Positions 20,272-32,542 of a stretch of DNA of 64,000 nucleotides are shown piece after piece. The stretch is taken from contig CAWDXF010000004.1 of NCBI GenBank assembly GCA_963806205.1, forward strand, positions 202,109 to 266,108, written 5' to 3'. The number at the start of each line of letters is the position of its first letter. Within the stretch, counting starts at the first letter, position 1. The notes under the pieces are model-generated. The model had not been told where the DNA came from. It searched no databases and was given only the letters and a program-made list of their open reading frames with translations. The position numbers and the translations under genes were made by a program. Origin of the DNA: an uncultured Microthrixaceae bacterium. GTDB taxonomy: Bacteria > Actinomycetota > Acidimicrobiia > Acidimicrobiales > VFJN01.

Positions 20272-21333
20272 TCAGCGGGGGTAGGCGCGCACCTCGGTGG
20301 CCTTGACGGCGGCCCACACCGGCACCCCCGTCTCGAGCCCCAGCTCGTGCAGGGCATCCACCGTCACCTCCGCCACCACGGGCACCGGGCCGCTCAGCTG
20401 GACCCGCACCCTGCTCCCGACCTGCTCCACACCGGCCACCGCGGCCGGCCAGCGGTTCCGCGGGCTGCCGCCCGGGCGGCGTCCGTGCAGGGCGACCGCG
20501 GCAGGCGGGACCGCGACGAGCACCGGCCCGTCGCCTGGCGGGTCGGCCGCGACCAGCTCCCCGCCGGCCGCCAGCGCGAGGTGTGTGCCTGCGGCGGTTG
20601 CCTCGAGGAGGTTGGTGCCTGCCAGCTCCGCGGCCCACGTCGTCCGTGGCCGGGCCACGAGCTCCTCGACCGTGCCCGAGGCGGTCACGGCGCCGTCCTC
20701 GAGCACCACCACGTGATCGGCCAGGACGGCCGCGTCCACGAGGTCATGGGTCACGAGCAGGCACGGTCCCGGCTGGCCCTGCAGGTGCGCGCGCAGCTCC
20801 TGGCGCACGGCGCTGCGCACCTCCGCATCGAGGGCCGCGAGGGGCTCGTCGAGGAGCAGGGCGCGCGGGCCGGGTGCCAGCGCGCGGGCGAGCGCGACCC
20901 GCTGGGCCTCGCCACCCGACAGCTCGCTCGGCCGCGCCGACCCGCGGTGCGCGACGCCAAGGCGCTCCAGCCACCCCCGTGCCTCCTCCCGAGCTGCCCC
21001 GCGGCGGGTGCCCCGCGCCTGGAGCCCGAAGGCCACGTTGTCCGTGACGTCGAGGTGCGGGAAGAGCGAGAGGTCCTGGAACACGACGCCGACGTCCCGC
21101 TCCTCCGGGGGCAGGTGCACCCCACCGGCGGGATCGGACAGGACGCGCTCGCCGAGGCGGACCACTCCCTCGTCGAGGGCGCGCAGCCCGCACGCGAGGC
21201 GCACGACGCTCGTCTTCCCGGCGCCGTTCGGCCCGACCAGCGCGACCGTCGAACCCTCGGGGACCTCCAGGGCCAGGTCCAGGTCGAGGGCACCGACGCG
21301 CGCTCGTCCCGCTATCTCGAGCGCGCCGCTCAC
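20272..21333 (-). CDS. modC: Molybdate ABC transporter ATP-binding protein with TOBE domain
   Basis: GPNGAGKT, LSGGEAQR, LLLDEP, SPRN, AAVKATEV; GTGA overlap with modB. Confidence 0.85.
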   Translation of the reverse strand: MSGALEIAGRARVGALDLDLALEVPEGSTVALVGPNGAGKTSVVRLACGLRALDEGVVRLGERVLSDPAGGVHLPPEERDVGVVFQDLSLFPHLDVTDNVAFGLQARGTRRGAAREEARGWLERLGVAHRGSARPSELSGGEAQRVALARALAPGPRALLLDEPLAALDAEVRSAVRQELRAHLQGQPGPCLLVTHDLVDAAVLADHVVVLEDGAVTASGTVEELVARPRTTWAAELAGTNLLEATAAGTHLALAAGGELVAADPPGDGPVLVAVPPAAVALHGRRPGGSPRNRWPAAVAGVEQVGSRVRVQLSGPVPVVAEVTVDALHELGLETGVPVWAAVKATEVRAYPR

Positions 21334-22124
21334 GACGTCCACCACCGCGACCGCAGCGCCGCCAGCACCGCGACCGAGACGGCCAGCAGCACGAGGCTGA
21401 GCACGATGGCGCTCCCCACGTCCTGCTCGAGCGTGCGGGAGATCGCGAGCGGCATGGTCTGGGTGCGGCCTTCGAAGCTGCCGGCGAAGGTGATGGTGGC
21501 GCCGAACTCGCCGAGGGCGCGAGCCCAGGCCAGCGCCGACCCAGCGCCCAGCGCGCCGCGGATGGACGGCAGCGTCACGCGGCGCAGCACGGTCGCCGGC
21601 CGCGCCCCGAGCGTGCGGGCCACCTCCTCGTGCCGGCGGTCGACGCCGGCCAGCGCCGCCTCGACCGTCACCACGAAGAACGGCAGGCTGACGAACGTGG
21701 CGGCGAGCACCGCCGCCGTGGTCGTGTAGGCGAGGCGCACCCCGAACCAGTCGTCGAGCCACTGGCCCAGCAGGCCGCGCCGGCCGAACGCGACCAGGAG
21801 GGCGACCCCGCCGACCACGGGCGGGAGGACCATCGGCAGCGTGACCAGCGCCCGCAGAAGGCGGCGGCCCGGCACCTCCAACCGGGCCAGCACCCACGCG
21901 ATCGGGAACCCCACCAGCACCGAGAGCACCAGCGCGCTCGCGGACACGACCAGCGAGAGGCGCAGGGCCGTGCGGTTGGCGGGCTCCCCCAGGAGGCCGG
22001 CGGCATCCGACCACGGCGCCCGCACCGCGAGCGCGACCACCGGGGCCACCACGAGCACCGCCAGCCCGAGCGCACCGACGACGCCCAGGGCGACCGCGAG
22101 CGCCCGACCGCGGAGGAACCTCAT
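21330..22124 (-). CDS. modB: Molybdate ABC transporter permease
   Basis: TLPMVLPPVVGGVALL, WARALGEFGATITFAG, TQTMPLAI. Confidence 0.9.
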   Translation of the reverse strand: MRFLRGRALAVALGVVGALGLAVLVVAPVVALAVRAPWSDAAGLLGEPANRTALRLSLVVSASALVLSVLVGFPIAWVLARLEVPGRRLLRALVTLPMVLPPVVGGVALLVAFGRRGLLGQWLDDWFGVRLAYTTTAAVLAATFVSLPFFVVTVEAALAGVDRRHEEVARTLGARPATVLRRVTLPSIRGALGAGSALAWARALGEFGATITFAGSFEGRTQTMPLAISRTLEQDVGSAIVLSLVLLAVSVAVLAALRSRWWTS

Positions 22125-23527
22125 GCCGGCTCGGGCTCGGGCTCGGGCAGGAGCACGCCGGGGTTGCAGATGCCGTCCGGGTCCAGCGCGGCCTTGATCG
22201 CGCGCATCGCGGCGACAGCCGCGCTTCCGCGCTGTCGTACCAGCCACTCCCGCTTGTGCACCCCGACGCCGTGCTCCGCGCTGACGCTCCCGCCGAGCTC
22301 GAGCGCGAGGTCCAGCACCGCATCGATCGCCCCGCCGTCGTCGGTCCCCGGGGTGGAGACGTTGACGTGGAGGTTGCCGTCACCGAGGTGCCCGTACACG
22401 AGCAGCGGCGCGCCCGGCGCACGCGCCGCCACCACCTCGTCCACGCGCGCGACGAACCCCGCCATCTCGGCCAGCGGGATCGACACATCCGCCTTGTGCA
22501 CCACACCGAGCGCCACCGCCGCCTCCGGATGGTCCTCCCGCCAACGCCACAGACGCCGGCGGCCCGCGTCGTCGGTGGCGACCGCGCTGGCCCGCACCAG
22601 GTCACCCAGCCCGTCGAGCAGGCCACCCAGCTCGTCGAGCAGCTCTCCGTCCCCGGCCAGCTCCACGAGGAGGGCGCAGGGAGGCAGCGGATCGAACGGC
22701 GGCGCCGTCCCGAGATGGGCGGCCACGACCTCCAGCCCGGCACCGAGCACGAGCTCCACCGCATGCAGGCTGGGCGCGGCCCGCAGCGCGCCGAGCGCGG
22801 CCACGGCCGTCGCCACGTCCGGCAGCGCCAGGAGCGCGGTGGCGTGCGCGGTGGGCAGCGGCACGAGGCGCAGCCGAGCCGCGGTCACCACGCCGAGGGT
22901 GCCCTCGCTGCCGCAGAGGAGCCCGGGCAGGTCGTAGCCCGTGTTGTCCTTCACCAGCCCGGCGAGGTTGGCCGCCACCACCTCGCCGGTGCCCAGCACG
23001 GCCTCGACCCCGAGGAGCTGGGCCCGCATCGACCCGTGGCGCACCACCTGGAGCCCACCGGCGTTGGTCGCCACCATCCCGCCCACCGTCGCCGAGTCGC
23101 GAGCGCCGAGGTCCACCGGGAACGCGAGCCCGGCGTGGGCCGCGTGCGCGTGGAGCACCGCGAGCGGCACCCCCGCGCCGACGGTCACCTGGGCGGCGGC
23201 GCGGTCCACGGGGTCGAGCCGATCCAGGTGACGCAGGTCGAGCACCAGCTCCCCCCGGTGCGGCACGCTGCCGCCCACCAACCCGGTGTTGCCCCCCTGG
23301 GGCACGAGCGCCACGCGGTGGGTCCGGGCGAGGCGCACGATCGCCGCGACCTCTGCCGTGTCTGCCGGGCGCAGCACCGCCGGCGAGGTGCCCCGCCACA
23401 TGCCGGTCCAGTCCGCGGTGTGCGCCGCCACGACGTCGGGGTCGGTCACGACCGCCCGCTCGCCCAGCGCCGCGCGGCACTCGGCGAGCATCGCCTCGAC
23501 GGCGGGGCCGAGCGTCGGGTCGGGCAC
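22121..23527 (-). CDS. FAD-binding oxidoreductase (D-2-hydroxyacid dehydrogenase/GlcD-like)
   Basis: PQGGNTGLVGGS, KDNTGYDL, GSEGTLG, GHLGDGNLH, SAEHGVG, LDPDGICNPG. Confidence 0.92.
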   Translation of the reverse strand: MPDPTLGPAVEAMLAECRAALGERAVVTDPDVVAAHTADWTGMWRGTSPAVLRPADTAEVAAIVRLARTHRVALVPQGGNTGLVGGSVPHRGELVLDLRHLDRLDPVDRAAAQVTVGAGVPLAVLHAHAAHAGLAFPVDLGARDSATVGGMVATNAGGLQVVRHGSMRAQLLGVEAVLGTGEVVAANLAGLVKDNTGYDLPGLLCGSEGTLGVVTAARLRLVPLPTAHATALLALPDVATAVAALGALRAAPSLHAVELVLGAGLEVVAAHLGTAPPFDPLPPCALLVELAGDGELLDELGGLLDGLGDLVRASAVATDDAGRRRLWRWREDHPEAAVALGVVHKADVSIPLAEMAGFVARVDEVVAARAPGAPLLVYGHLGDGNLHVNVSTPGTDDGGAIDAVLDLALELGGSVSAEHGVGVHKREWLVRQRGSAAVAAMRAIKAALDPDGICNPGVLLPEPEPEPA

Positions 23528-23581
23528 ACGGGGACGGTACCGGGGTGCTGCATCGGCCGCGCCGACCCGTACGCTGCCGCC

Positions 23582-24001
23582 ATGGTCGCCCTCCCTGCGA
23601 GCGTCCGTGCCCTGATCGAGGGGCCCCACCTCGCCCACGTCGTGACGCTCGACCCCGACGGCGGGCCCCAGGTGAGCTGCGTGTGGGTGGGCCTCGACGG
23701 CGACGAGGTGGTCTTCGGTTCGCTCGGCCCGTGGCGCAAGCTGCGCAACCTCGAGCGTGATCCGCGCATCAGCCTCTCGATCGAGTCCCCCGAGCGCAAC
23801 GAGATCGGGATGCGCGAGCACCTCGTCCTGCACGGCACGGCGCGCGTCGAGCCGGGGGGCGCGCCGGAGCTGCTGCAGGAGCTGGCCCGCGTCTACGTCG
23901 GGCCCGACGTCCGCTTCCCCCCGATGGACGACCCGCCGCCCGGTTCCATCGTGCGGATCACGGTGGAGCGGATCGGCGGCCTCGGCCCCTGGTCCGGTTG
24001 A
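23582..24001 (+). CDS. PPOX-class F420-dependent oxidoreductase
   Basis: HVVTLDPDGGPQVSCVW, KLRNLERDPRISL. Confidence 0.88.
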   Translation: MVALPASVRALIEGPHLAHVVTLDPDGGPQVSCVWVGLDGDEVVFGSLGPWRKLRNLERDPRISLSIESPERNEIGMREHLVLHGTARVEPGGAPELLQELARVYVGPDVRFPPMDDPPPGSIVRITVERIGGLGPWSG

Positions 24002-24004
24002 CGG

Positions 24005-24431
24005 TCAGGCCGTCGCGGTGACCTCGAGGATGCGCTCGACCAGGTCGGCGACACCCTCGTCCAGGCGGTCGCGGCGGATCGTCACCCCACCGAGCACCTC
24101 GGCACCGCGGGCGACCACCGCGTCCGACAGCTTCTGCAGCGCCTTGCCGGGGTCGAGCGCGTAGGTCAGGAAGACCACCGCCCGCTTGCCCACCATGCTC
24201 GGCATCTTGGCGAAGCGCCCCGCCCGGCCCGGGCGCTGGCCCACCACGAAGAGGCCGTCGACCCACCCGCCCACGATCACCAGGTCCGCCTCGGACAGTG
24301 CCTGGTAGTCGATGTGGACGATCGGGCACGCCGTCGTCGGCAGCCCGTTGGCGGTCAGCCCCCGGGCCAGGAGGTCCGACGCGCCGGCGCGTGTTCCCGG
24401 TGAGGCTCTCGTAGATGACGATCGCGGACAC
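24005..24431 (-). CDS. Flavodoxin-like protein, frameshifted near 24385
   Basis: IYESLTGNT, then [12 protein letters not shown] and AVVFLTYA in the next frame. Confidence 0.75.
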
Positions 24432-24447
24432 GGTGCAGTTCTAGTCG

Positions 24448-25407
24448 CTACCGGAACGTCTTCCCGAGCGTGCCCATGACCTCGTCGGTGAGGAGCGGGA
24501 CGACGTCCAGCGCCCGCATGTTCTCCTGCACCTGCTCGACGCTGCTCGCGCCGGTGATGACCGTGGAGACGTTCGGGTTCTTGGTGCACCAGGCGAGGGC
24601 GAGCTGCGCGGGCGTGCAGCCGAGCTCCTCGGCGATCCCCAGCAGCGCCCGGACCTTGTCGTGGTTGGCCGGGTTGACGAGGAGGTCCCGCAGCCACTCG
24701 TAGCCCGGGAGGGCGGCCCGGCTGTCCTCCGGCACGCCGTCGAGGTACTTGCCCGTCAGGATCCCCGACGCCAGTGGGCTCCAGATGGTGAGCCCGAGGC
24801 CGATGTCCTCGTAGAGCCGGGCGTATTCGCGCTCCACCCGCCGGCGGGCGAGGAGGTTGTACTGCGGCTGCTCCATGACCGGCTTGCGGAGGTGGTGTCG
24901 GTCCGCGATCTCCCAGGCCGCCCGGATCTCGTCCGCCGACCACTCGGACGTGCCCCAGTACAGGGCCTTGCCGCGGTCGATGATGTCCGACATCGCCCAC
25001 ACCGTCTCCTCGATCGGTGTGTTCGGATCGGGCCGGTGGCAGAAGAGCAGGTCGACGAAGTCGAGCCCGAACCGCTGCAGCGATCCGTCGATGGCGTGCA
25101 GCAGGTACTTGCGGTTGAGGGTGGCCCGCATGTTCACGGCGTCGGTGAGCCCCATGAACACCTTCGTGGAGACGACGTAGGTCTCCCGCGGCCACCCGAG
25201 CTCGGCGATCGCCTTGCCCATGATCACCTCCGACTGGCCCTCCGCGTACCCCTCGGCGTTGTCGAAGAAGTTCACGCCCGCCTCACGGGCGGCGGCGAGG
25301 CAATCCCGGGCCCGACCCACGTCCAGCTGCGGGCCGAACGACACCCAGGACCCGAAGGACAGCACGCTCACCTGGAGGCCGGAGCGGCCCAGTCGTCGAT
25401 GCTCCAT
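24448..25407 (-). CDS. Aldo/keto reductase (Kv-beta-like)
   Basis: [39 protein letters not shown]. Confidence 0.93.
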   Translation of the reverse strand: MEHRRLGRSGLQVSVLSFGSWVSFGPQLDVGRARDCLAAAREAGVNFFDNAEGYAEGQSEVIMGKAIAELGWPRETYVVSTKVFMGLTDAVNMRATLNRKYLLHAIDGSLQRFGLDFVDLLFCHRPDPNTPIEETVWAMSDIIDRGKALYWGTSEWSADEIRAAWEIADRHHLRKPVMEQPQYNLLARRRVEREYARLYEDIGLGLTIWSPLASGILTGKYLDGVPEDSRAALPGYEWLRDLLVNPANHDKVRALLGIAEELGCTPAQLALAWCTKNPNVSTVITGASSVEQVQENMRALDVVPLLTDEVMGTLGKTFR

Positions 25408-25429
25408 GGCGCTTGTCTACCGTGTCGCG

Positions 25430-26325
25430 ATGGTCTCCGAGCTGTTCGACCCCGCCGCCTGGCGTCCCGTGGAGGGCTTCGACCTCGAGGACATCACCTA
25501 CCACCGGTCCGTGGAGCACGGGACGGTGCGCGTCGCGTTCGACCGACCCGAGGTGCGCAACGCGTTCCGCCCGGGCACGGTCGACGAGCTGTACCGCGTC
25601 CTCGACCACGCCCGGCAGTCGTCCGACGTGGGCTGCGTGCTCCTGACCGGCAACGGCCCCGCGCCGAAGGACGGCGTGTGGGCCTTCTGCTCGGGGGGCG
25701 ACCAACGCATCCGGGGCAAGGACGGCTACCGCTACGCCGAGGGCGAGACCGCCGACACGATCGATCCCGGCCGCACCGGGCGCCTGCACATCCTCGAGGT
25801 CCAGCGCCTCGTCCGCACGATGCCCAAGGTCGTGATCGCGGTGGTGAACGGATGGGCCGCGGGCGGGGGGCACAGCCTGTACGTCGTGTGCGACCTCGCG
25901 CTCGCCAGCCGCGAGCACGCTCGGTTCAAGCAGACCGACTCGGCCGTCGGCAGCTTCGACGGCGGCTACGGGTCCGCGTACCTCGCCCGCCAGGTCGGCC
26001 AGAAGTTCGCGCGCGAGATCTTCCTCCTCGGTGACGAGTACTCGGCCGAGGACGCGCACCGCATGGGCGCGGTCAACGCGGTCGTCCCGCACGCCGACCT
26101 CGAGCGGGTCGCCCTCGAATGGGGAGCCAAGGTCAACTCGAGGAGCCCCACCGCGCAGCGCATGCTCAAGTTCGCGTTGAACCTCGTCGACGACGGCCTC
26201 ATGGGCCAGCAGGTCTTCGCCGGCGAGGCCACGCGCCTCGCCTACATGACCGACGAGGCCCAGGAGGGACGCGATGCGTTCCTGGAGAAGCGCGACCCCG
26301 ACTGGTCCGGGTACCCCTGGTACTA

Positions 26326-26329
<4 letters not shown>
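25430..26329 (+). CDS. menB: 1,4-dihydroxy-2-naphthoyl-CoA synthase
   Basis: [53 protein letters not shown]. Confidence 0.96.
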
Positions 26330-28174
<1,845 letters not shown>

Positions 28175-28212
28175 GGGGATTTCCTTCGGTGGGGGGCGGA
28201 CCATCCTAGGGG

Positions 28213-28818
28213 TCAGGAGTGCTGGGCGACCCATCCGGCGCGGAGACGGACCAGGCCCTCGGTGGCGCGCTCGATCAGCTCGGCGTCACGCGCGGGGTCC
28301 CCGACCTCGAGCCACGTGAGGACGGCCTCGACCAGCCACCCGATCGTGACCTCCGCCAGCCACGCGTCGAGCACGGGGTCGCTGGCCTGCAGGTGCAGGA
28401 GCTCGCGCGTCGCCTGCACCGCGATGGAGCGCTGGCCCCGGGCGTACTCGGCGAACTGCGGCTCGCGCGCGGCGTGGCGCCACAGCAGCACGAAGGCGGC
28501 CGGGTCCTCCCGGGCCACGGTGAGGAGGGTGCGGGCCCCCACGCCGGGCCCCCCGTGGGTCAGCCCCCGGAAGAGCTCTTCGGCCTGGCGGTCGAAGACC
28601 CGCTGGAGGATGGCCCGGTAGAGCTCCTCCTTGGAGTCGAAGTGCCGGTACACGATGAGCTTGGTGACGCCGCAGGCCTCGGCCACGTCCTCCATCGAGG
28701 TCGCGGCGAAGCCGCTGCGGGCGAAGGCGGCGGCGGCCCCCCGCAGGATGGACGCATGGCGCTCCTCGCGGCGCAGGAGACGCCGTCCAGGGGGGCTCTC
28801 GGGGCGGGGAGGCGTCAT
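28213..28818 (-). CDS. TetR/AcrR family transcriptional regulator
   Basis: [37 protein letters not shown]. Confidence 0.92.
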   Translation of the reverse strand: MTPPRPESPPGRRLLRREERHASILRGAAAAFARSGFAATSMEDVAEACGVTKLIVYRHFDSKEELYRAILQRVFDRQAEELFRGLTHGGPGVGARTLLTVAREDPAAFVLLWRHAAREPQFAEYARGQRSIAVQATRELLHLQASDPVLDAWLAEVTIGWLVEAVLTWLEVGDPARDAELIERATEGLVRLRAGWVAQHS

Positions 28819-28853
28819 GGGGCGAGGGTCCCACACGGGATCCTTGCCCCGTG

Positions 28854-28873
28854 TGTATACGCAGGAGTATACA
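28854..28873. promoter_or_regulatory. Candidate TetR operator TGTATAC-N6-GTATACA
   Basis: Perfect AT-rich inverted repeat between the divergent tetR and ferritin-like genes. Confidence 0.75.
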
Positions 28874-28905
28874 GATGGGGTCCGGCCGGACCAGGGGGAG
28901 AGACG

Positions 28906-29961
28906 ATGACGACGGACCAGGTCACCTTCACGGAGGCCGAGCTGCTGCTCGACCACCCGATCGAGGCGCCGCTCATCGAGGGCGGGGTGCGCTGTCACGG
29001 TGGCTTCGACGCGACCGGGGCGTACGTCTCGCCTCGCACGCGCCACCGCGTCCCGGCGATCGAGGCGTGGCAGGCCAAGCACCGGGCCGACTTCGACACC
29101 GACATCCTCCATGTCCCCCTGGAGACCTGGCCGGAGAACTACCCGAACGTCGCGCAGGCGCGGCACCTGATCACCGCCGGGGTGCCCGAGCCGCTCATCG
29201 CCACCCTGACCCGCATCGGCACCGTCGAGGGCTTCGGCGCGAACATCCGCTTCCTCCAGCCCGGCAACATGCAGAAGCACTTCGAGGAGGACATCCGGGG
29301 CACGGCCACGGACCACCTCGGCAAGGGGCTGTTCGAGGCGCACGGGCGCGACGAGGCCGGCTGGGAGGAGGAGGCGGGCCACCGCGACATGTGGTTCGCC
29401 GCGCGTGACATCGCGTTCGAGTCCCCCACCGCGAAGGTCGACATCGAGGCCATGCTCGGGCGGATGGGCTTCGGTCAACCCGGCACACCCGGCGGCATCG
29501 ACCTGAGCCGCCAGCTGCCCGACGACATCGACGTCAACCTCGAGATCATCGCCGGCCTGATGATCCGCGTGCTGCTCATCGAGGTGCAGGCGTTCCACAC
29601 CTTCGCGTGGGCGGAGGACTGGCTGGCCGACACCGACCTGGTGGCGGGCGAGGGTCGCGCCGCCGAGCTCGTCGCGTTCATCCGGTCCGACGAGACCCCA
29701 CACGTGGGCTACCTGAAGACGGCGCTCACCGAGATGCGCGACCGCACCTGGGTCGGTACGAGCGGCAAGCGGTACGACGGCGCCGACCTGATCCGGCAGC
29801 TCTGGGACAAGCGCCTCGACGACTCCCTCGGTGCCGGCAAGGAGCTCGCCCGCCGGGCCATCCTCGGCGAGGTCGAGCACTGGTGCCTCCAACGGCCCAA
29901 CGGGAAGGACGTCCTCGCCGAGTTCCACGCGCTCGCCACGCACGACGAGGCCGCCGCGTGA
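28906..29961 (+). CDS. Uncharacterised ferritin-like (di-iron carboxylate) protein
   Basis: Ligand pattern VEGFG ... DE(x8)H ... IEVQA ... DETPH; purine-rich RBS upstream. Confidence 0.65.
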   Translation: MTTDQVTFTEAELLLDHPIEAPLIEGGVRCHGGFDATGAYVSPRTRHRVPAIEAWQAKHRADFDTDILHVPLETWPENYPNVAQARHLITAGVPEPLIATLTRIGTVEGFGANIRFLQPGNMQKHFEEDIRGTATDHLGKGLFEAHGRDEAGWEEEAGHRDMWFAARDIAFESPTAKVDIEAMLGRMGFGQPGTPGGIDLSRQLPDDIDVNLEIIAGLMIRVLLIEVQAFHTFAWAEDWLADTDLVAGEGRAAELVAFIRSDETPHVGYLKTALTEMRDRTWVGTSGKRYDGADLIRQLWDKRLDDSLGAGKELARRAILGEVEHWCLQRPNGKDVLAEFHALATHDEAAA

Positions 29962-31313
29962 AGTTCGGCATCTTCTACGAGCACCAGCTGCCCCGCCCCT
30001 GGGACGAGGGGAGCGAGCTGCAGCTGATCCAGGACGCGCTCGAGCAGGTCGAGCTGGCCGACAAGCTCGGCTTCGACGTGGTGTGGGAGGTCGAGCACCA
30101 CTTCCTCGAGGAGTACTCGCACTCCAGCGCGCCCGAGGTGTTCCTCGCGGCGTGCAGCCAGCGCACGCGCAACATCCGCCTGGGCCACGGGATCATCCAG
30201 ACCGCACCCGGCTACAACCACCCCGCCCGCACCGCCGAGCGCGTCGCGATGCTCGACCTCGTGTCGGGCGGCCGCGTGGAGTTCGGCTCGGGCGAGTCGT
30301 CCTCCGAGGCGGAGCTCGGCGGCTTCCGCATCGACCCCGTCACCAAGCGGGAGGCCTGGCTCGAGGGCCTCGAGGTGGCCATCCGCTGCATGACCGAGAA
30401 CCCGTTCACCGGGGTCGACGGCCAGTTCGTGCAGATGCCACCCCGCAACGTCGTGCCCAAGCCGGTCCAGCGACCCCACCCGCCGCTGTGGGTGGCCTGC
30501 TCGCGGCGGGACACGATCCTGCTCGCCGCCGAGAAGGGCATCGGCGCGCTCGCGTTCGCGTTCATCGACCCCGAGGAGGCCCTCCACTGGGTCACCGACT
30601 ACGAGGCGGCCCTCGCGGAGCGCTGCGTGCCGGTCGGCGAGGCGGTGAACGCCAACATCGCGTGCGTGACCCCGATGATGTGCGCGCCGACCGAGGAGCT
30701 GGCGGTGGCCCGCGGGCTGGAGGGCGGGAACTTCTTCGGCTACTCCCTCGGGCACTTCTACGTGTTCGGCGACCACCGGCCCGGTGTCACCGACGTGTGG
30801 TCCGAGTTCCTCGAGCGGCGTGGCGAGCGGGGCTTCTCTCCAGACGTCGAGGCCGCGCTGGCCGAGGAGCGCCTCGGCGCGAAGGTGGCGTCGGGCGACA
30901 GCACCGGCCTGCGGGGCGCCACCGGTACCCCTGAGCAGATCCGCGAGTACCTCCTGCGCTACGAGGAGGCCGGCGTCGACCAGGTGATCTTCGTGCTCCA
31001 GGCGGGCAGGAACCAGCACGAGCACATCTGCGAGGCGATCGAGCTGTTCGGACGTGAGGTCCTCCCCGAGTTCCAGGAGCGCGACGAAGCGGTCGTGCGG
31101 GCCAAGGCCAAGCGGCTCGCACCCGTGATCGAGGCGGCCATGGCCCGCAAGGAGCGCAACGCTCCCCCGCTGCCGGACGGCTACTCGTTCCCCGCCATGC
31201 CTCGTCGGATGGTCGACGCCTCGGGCAACGAGCAGGGCAAGGAGTGGCTCGAGCGGTTCGCGGACGAGACGGCGACCGGTGACGCCGGATCCACCTTCAA
31301 CCTCCTGGGCTGA
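29958..31313 (+). CDS. Luciferase-like (LLM class) flavin-dependent monooxygenase
   Basis: KFGIFYE, WEVEHHFLEEYSHSSAPE, LDLVSGGRVEFGSG, PKPVQRPHPPLW; GTGA overlap. Confidence 0.93.
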   Translation: MKFGIFYEHQLPRPWDEGSELQLIQDALEQVELADKLGFDVVWEVEHHFLEEYSHSSAPEVFLAACSQRTRNIRLGHGIIQTAPGYNHPARTAERVAMLDLVSGGRVEFGSGESSSEAELGGFRIDPVTKREAWLEGLEVAIRCMTENPFTGVDGQFVQMPPRNVVPKPVQRPHPPLWVACSRRDTILLAAEKGIGALAFAFIDPEEALHWVTDYEAALAERCVPVGEAVNANIACVTPMMCAPTEELAVARGLEGGNFFGYSLGHFYVFGDHRPGVTDVWSEFLERRGERGFSPDVEAALAEERLGAKVASGDSTGLRGATGTPEQIREYLLRYEEAGVDQVIFVLQAGRNQHEHICEAIELFGREVLPEFQERDEAVVRAKAKRLAPVIEAAMARKERNAPPLPDGYSFPAMPRRMVDASGNEQGKEWLERFADETATGDAGSTFNLLG

Positions 31314-31362
31314 CCGCCCGGACTGAGCTTCGGCACCCGGCCGCGGCACTACGCTCCCGCTC

Positions 31363-32538
31363 ATGCTGCGGCGAGGACCCGACGACGGACGCCCCCGGCG
31401 GCGCTTCGGCACCGAGGGGTCGGACCTCGACCCGTTCCCCCGCGACGTCCCGGGTGTGTCGGTGCCCGGTCCCGCTGCCCTCGGCGGCTGGGCCGCGCCG
31501 GCGTCCTACCTCGAGCTCGATCCCCAGCTCGTGGCCGAGCTGACCCGCGCCTCCCTCTCCGCCCGCGGGGTAGCCGCCCTGCGATCCGGCGAGGTGGCCG
31601 TCGGGGCCATGCTCGCCAGCCTCGCCATCCGGGGGGAGGACATCCTCATCGAGGAGCTGCTGCCGCTCACCTCGGCCGAGCTGCGCCTCCACCGCTACGC
31701 CGTCGGCCAGCTGACCCCCACCGCGGTGCACCCGATCGACTCGGTCGCCGGGCTCCTGCGGTCCCTCACCTTCTGCGCGGCCAGCCCGCCGGGCGAGACG
31801 TGGGAGGTCGTGGCCCACGACGGCCGCACCCCTCCGGTCGCCATCGCGGCCGCGCGCCACCACGAGCTGCGCTGGTTGCAGCCCCCCGCCCCCGACGCGC
31901 CCCACAGCGCGCCGTGGGCGAACCCGACCACCCAGGAGGAGCCGCCGGGCTACAACGCGGCGTGGTGGCAGGCCGAGCTGGCCCGCCCCCGCGGCGCGAC
32001 GCCCGCGGCGCTCCATCCCGATCGCGTCTCTGCGCCCATCGGCCCCGCCATCCAAACCGCACAGCCCGCCGCCCCCGCGGCACCGCTGGTCGTGCCGGTC
32101 ATCCCCGACCGCCTCCCGGAGCACCTGCTCACCGCGGTGGGCGACACCGTGGACCGGGCGCTCTCGAACGCGCTGATCGAGCTCGAGCTCGATCCCGCCA
32201 CCCTCGACGAGCTGCGCGACAACAGCGTGCTCGAGCGCCTCATCGAGTCGGTCGCCCGCCTCGAGTCCCAGATGTCGCAGATCGACTTCGTGACCCGGCA
32301 GGTCCAGGCCCTCACGACCGCGGTGGACGAGCTGACCGACTCGGCCCGCTCCCTCATGCGGCACCAGTGGGACAACATGCCGCCCCAGAACTACTGGGTG
32401 CGCATGCAGCGGGCCGACGAGGACGTGCGCCGGGCGGTCGACGAGCTCGCCGCCGAGGTGCGGGGCCGGCTGCCCCGGGTGGCCGGTCGCGCCGCCCCCA
32501 GCCGCCGCTTCGCCGACGACGACGAGGACGAGGAGTAG
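31363..32538 (+). CDS. Hypothetical protein with a C-terminal coiled coil
   Basis: 391-aa ORF with GC3-rich codons; heptad-like LIESVARLESQMSQIDFVTRQVQALTTAVDEL. Confidence 0.7.
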   Translation: MLRRGPDDGRPRRRFGTEGSDLDPFPRDVPGVSVPGPAALGGWAAPASYLELDPQLVAELTRASLSARGVAALRSGEVAVGAMLASLAIRGEDILIEELLPLTSAELRLHRYAVGQLTPTAVHPIDSVAGLLRSLTFCAASPPGETWEVVAHDGRTPPVAIAAARHHELRWLQPPAPDAPHSAPWANPTTQEEPPGYNAAWWQAELARPRGATPAALHPDRVSAPIGPAIQTAQPAAPAAPLVVPVIPDRLPEHLLTAVGDTVDRALSNALIELELDPATLDELRDNSVLERLIESVARLESQMSQIDFVTRQVQALTTAVDELTDSARSLMRHQWDNMPPQNYWVRMQRADEDVRRAVDELAAEVRGRLPRVAGRAAPSRRFADDDEDEE

Positions 32539-32542
32539 CCCA

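Noticed and set aside
20272..22764. 830-aa ORF suggesting a giant ModC fusion
   Set aside because: The N-terminal part is an off-frame read through modB and the oxidoreductase; the real start is GTG 21333
28213..29943. Long overlapping antisense ORFs here and throughout the window
   Set aside because: Expected shadow ORFs in high-GC DNA; no motifs beyond the TetR part
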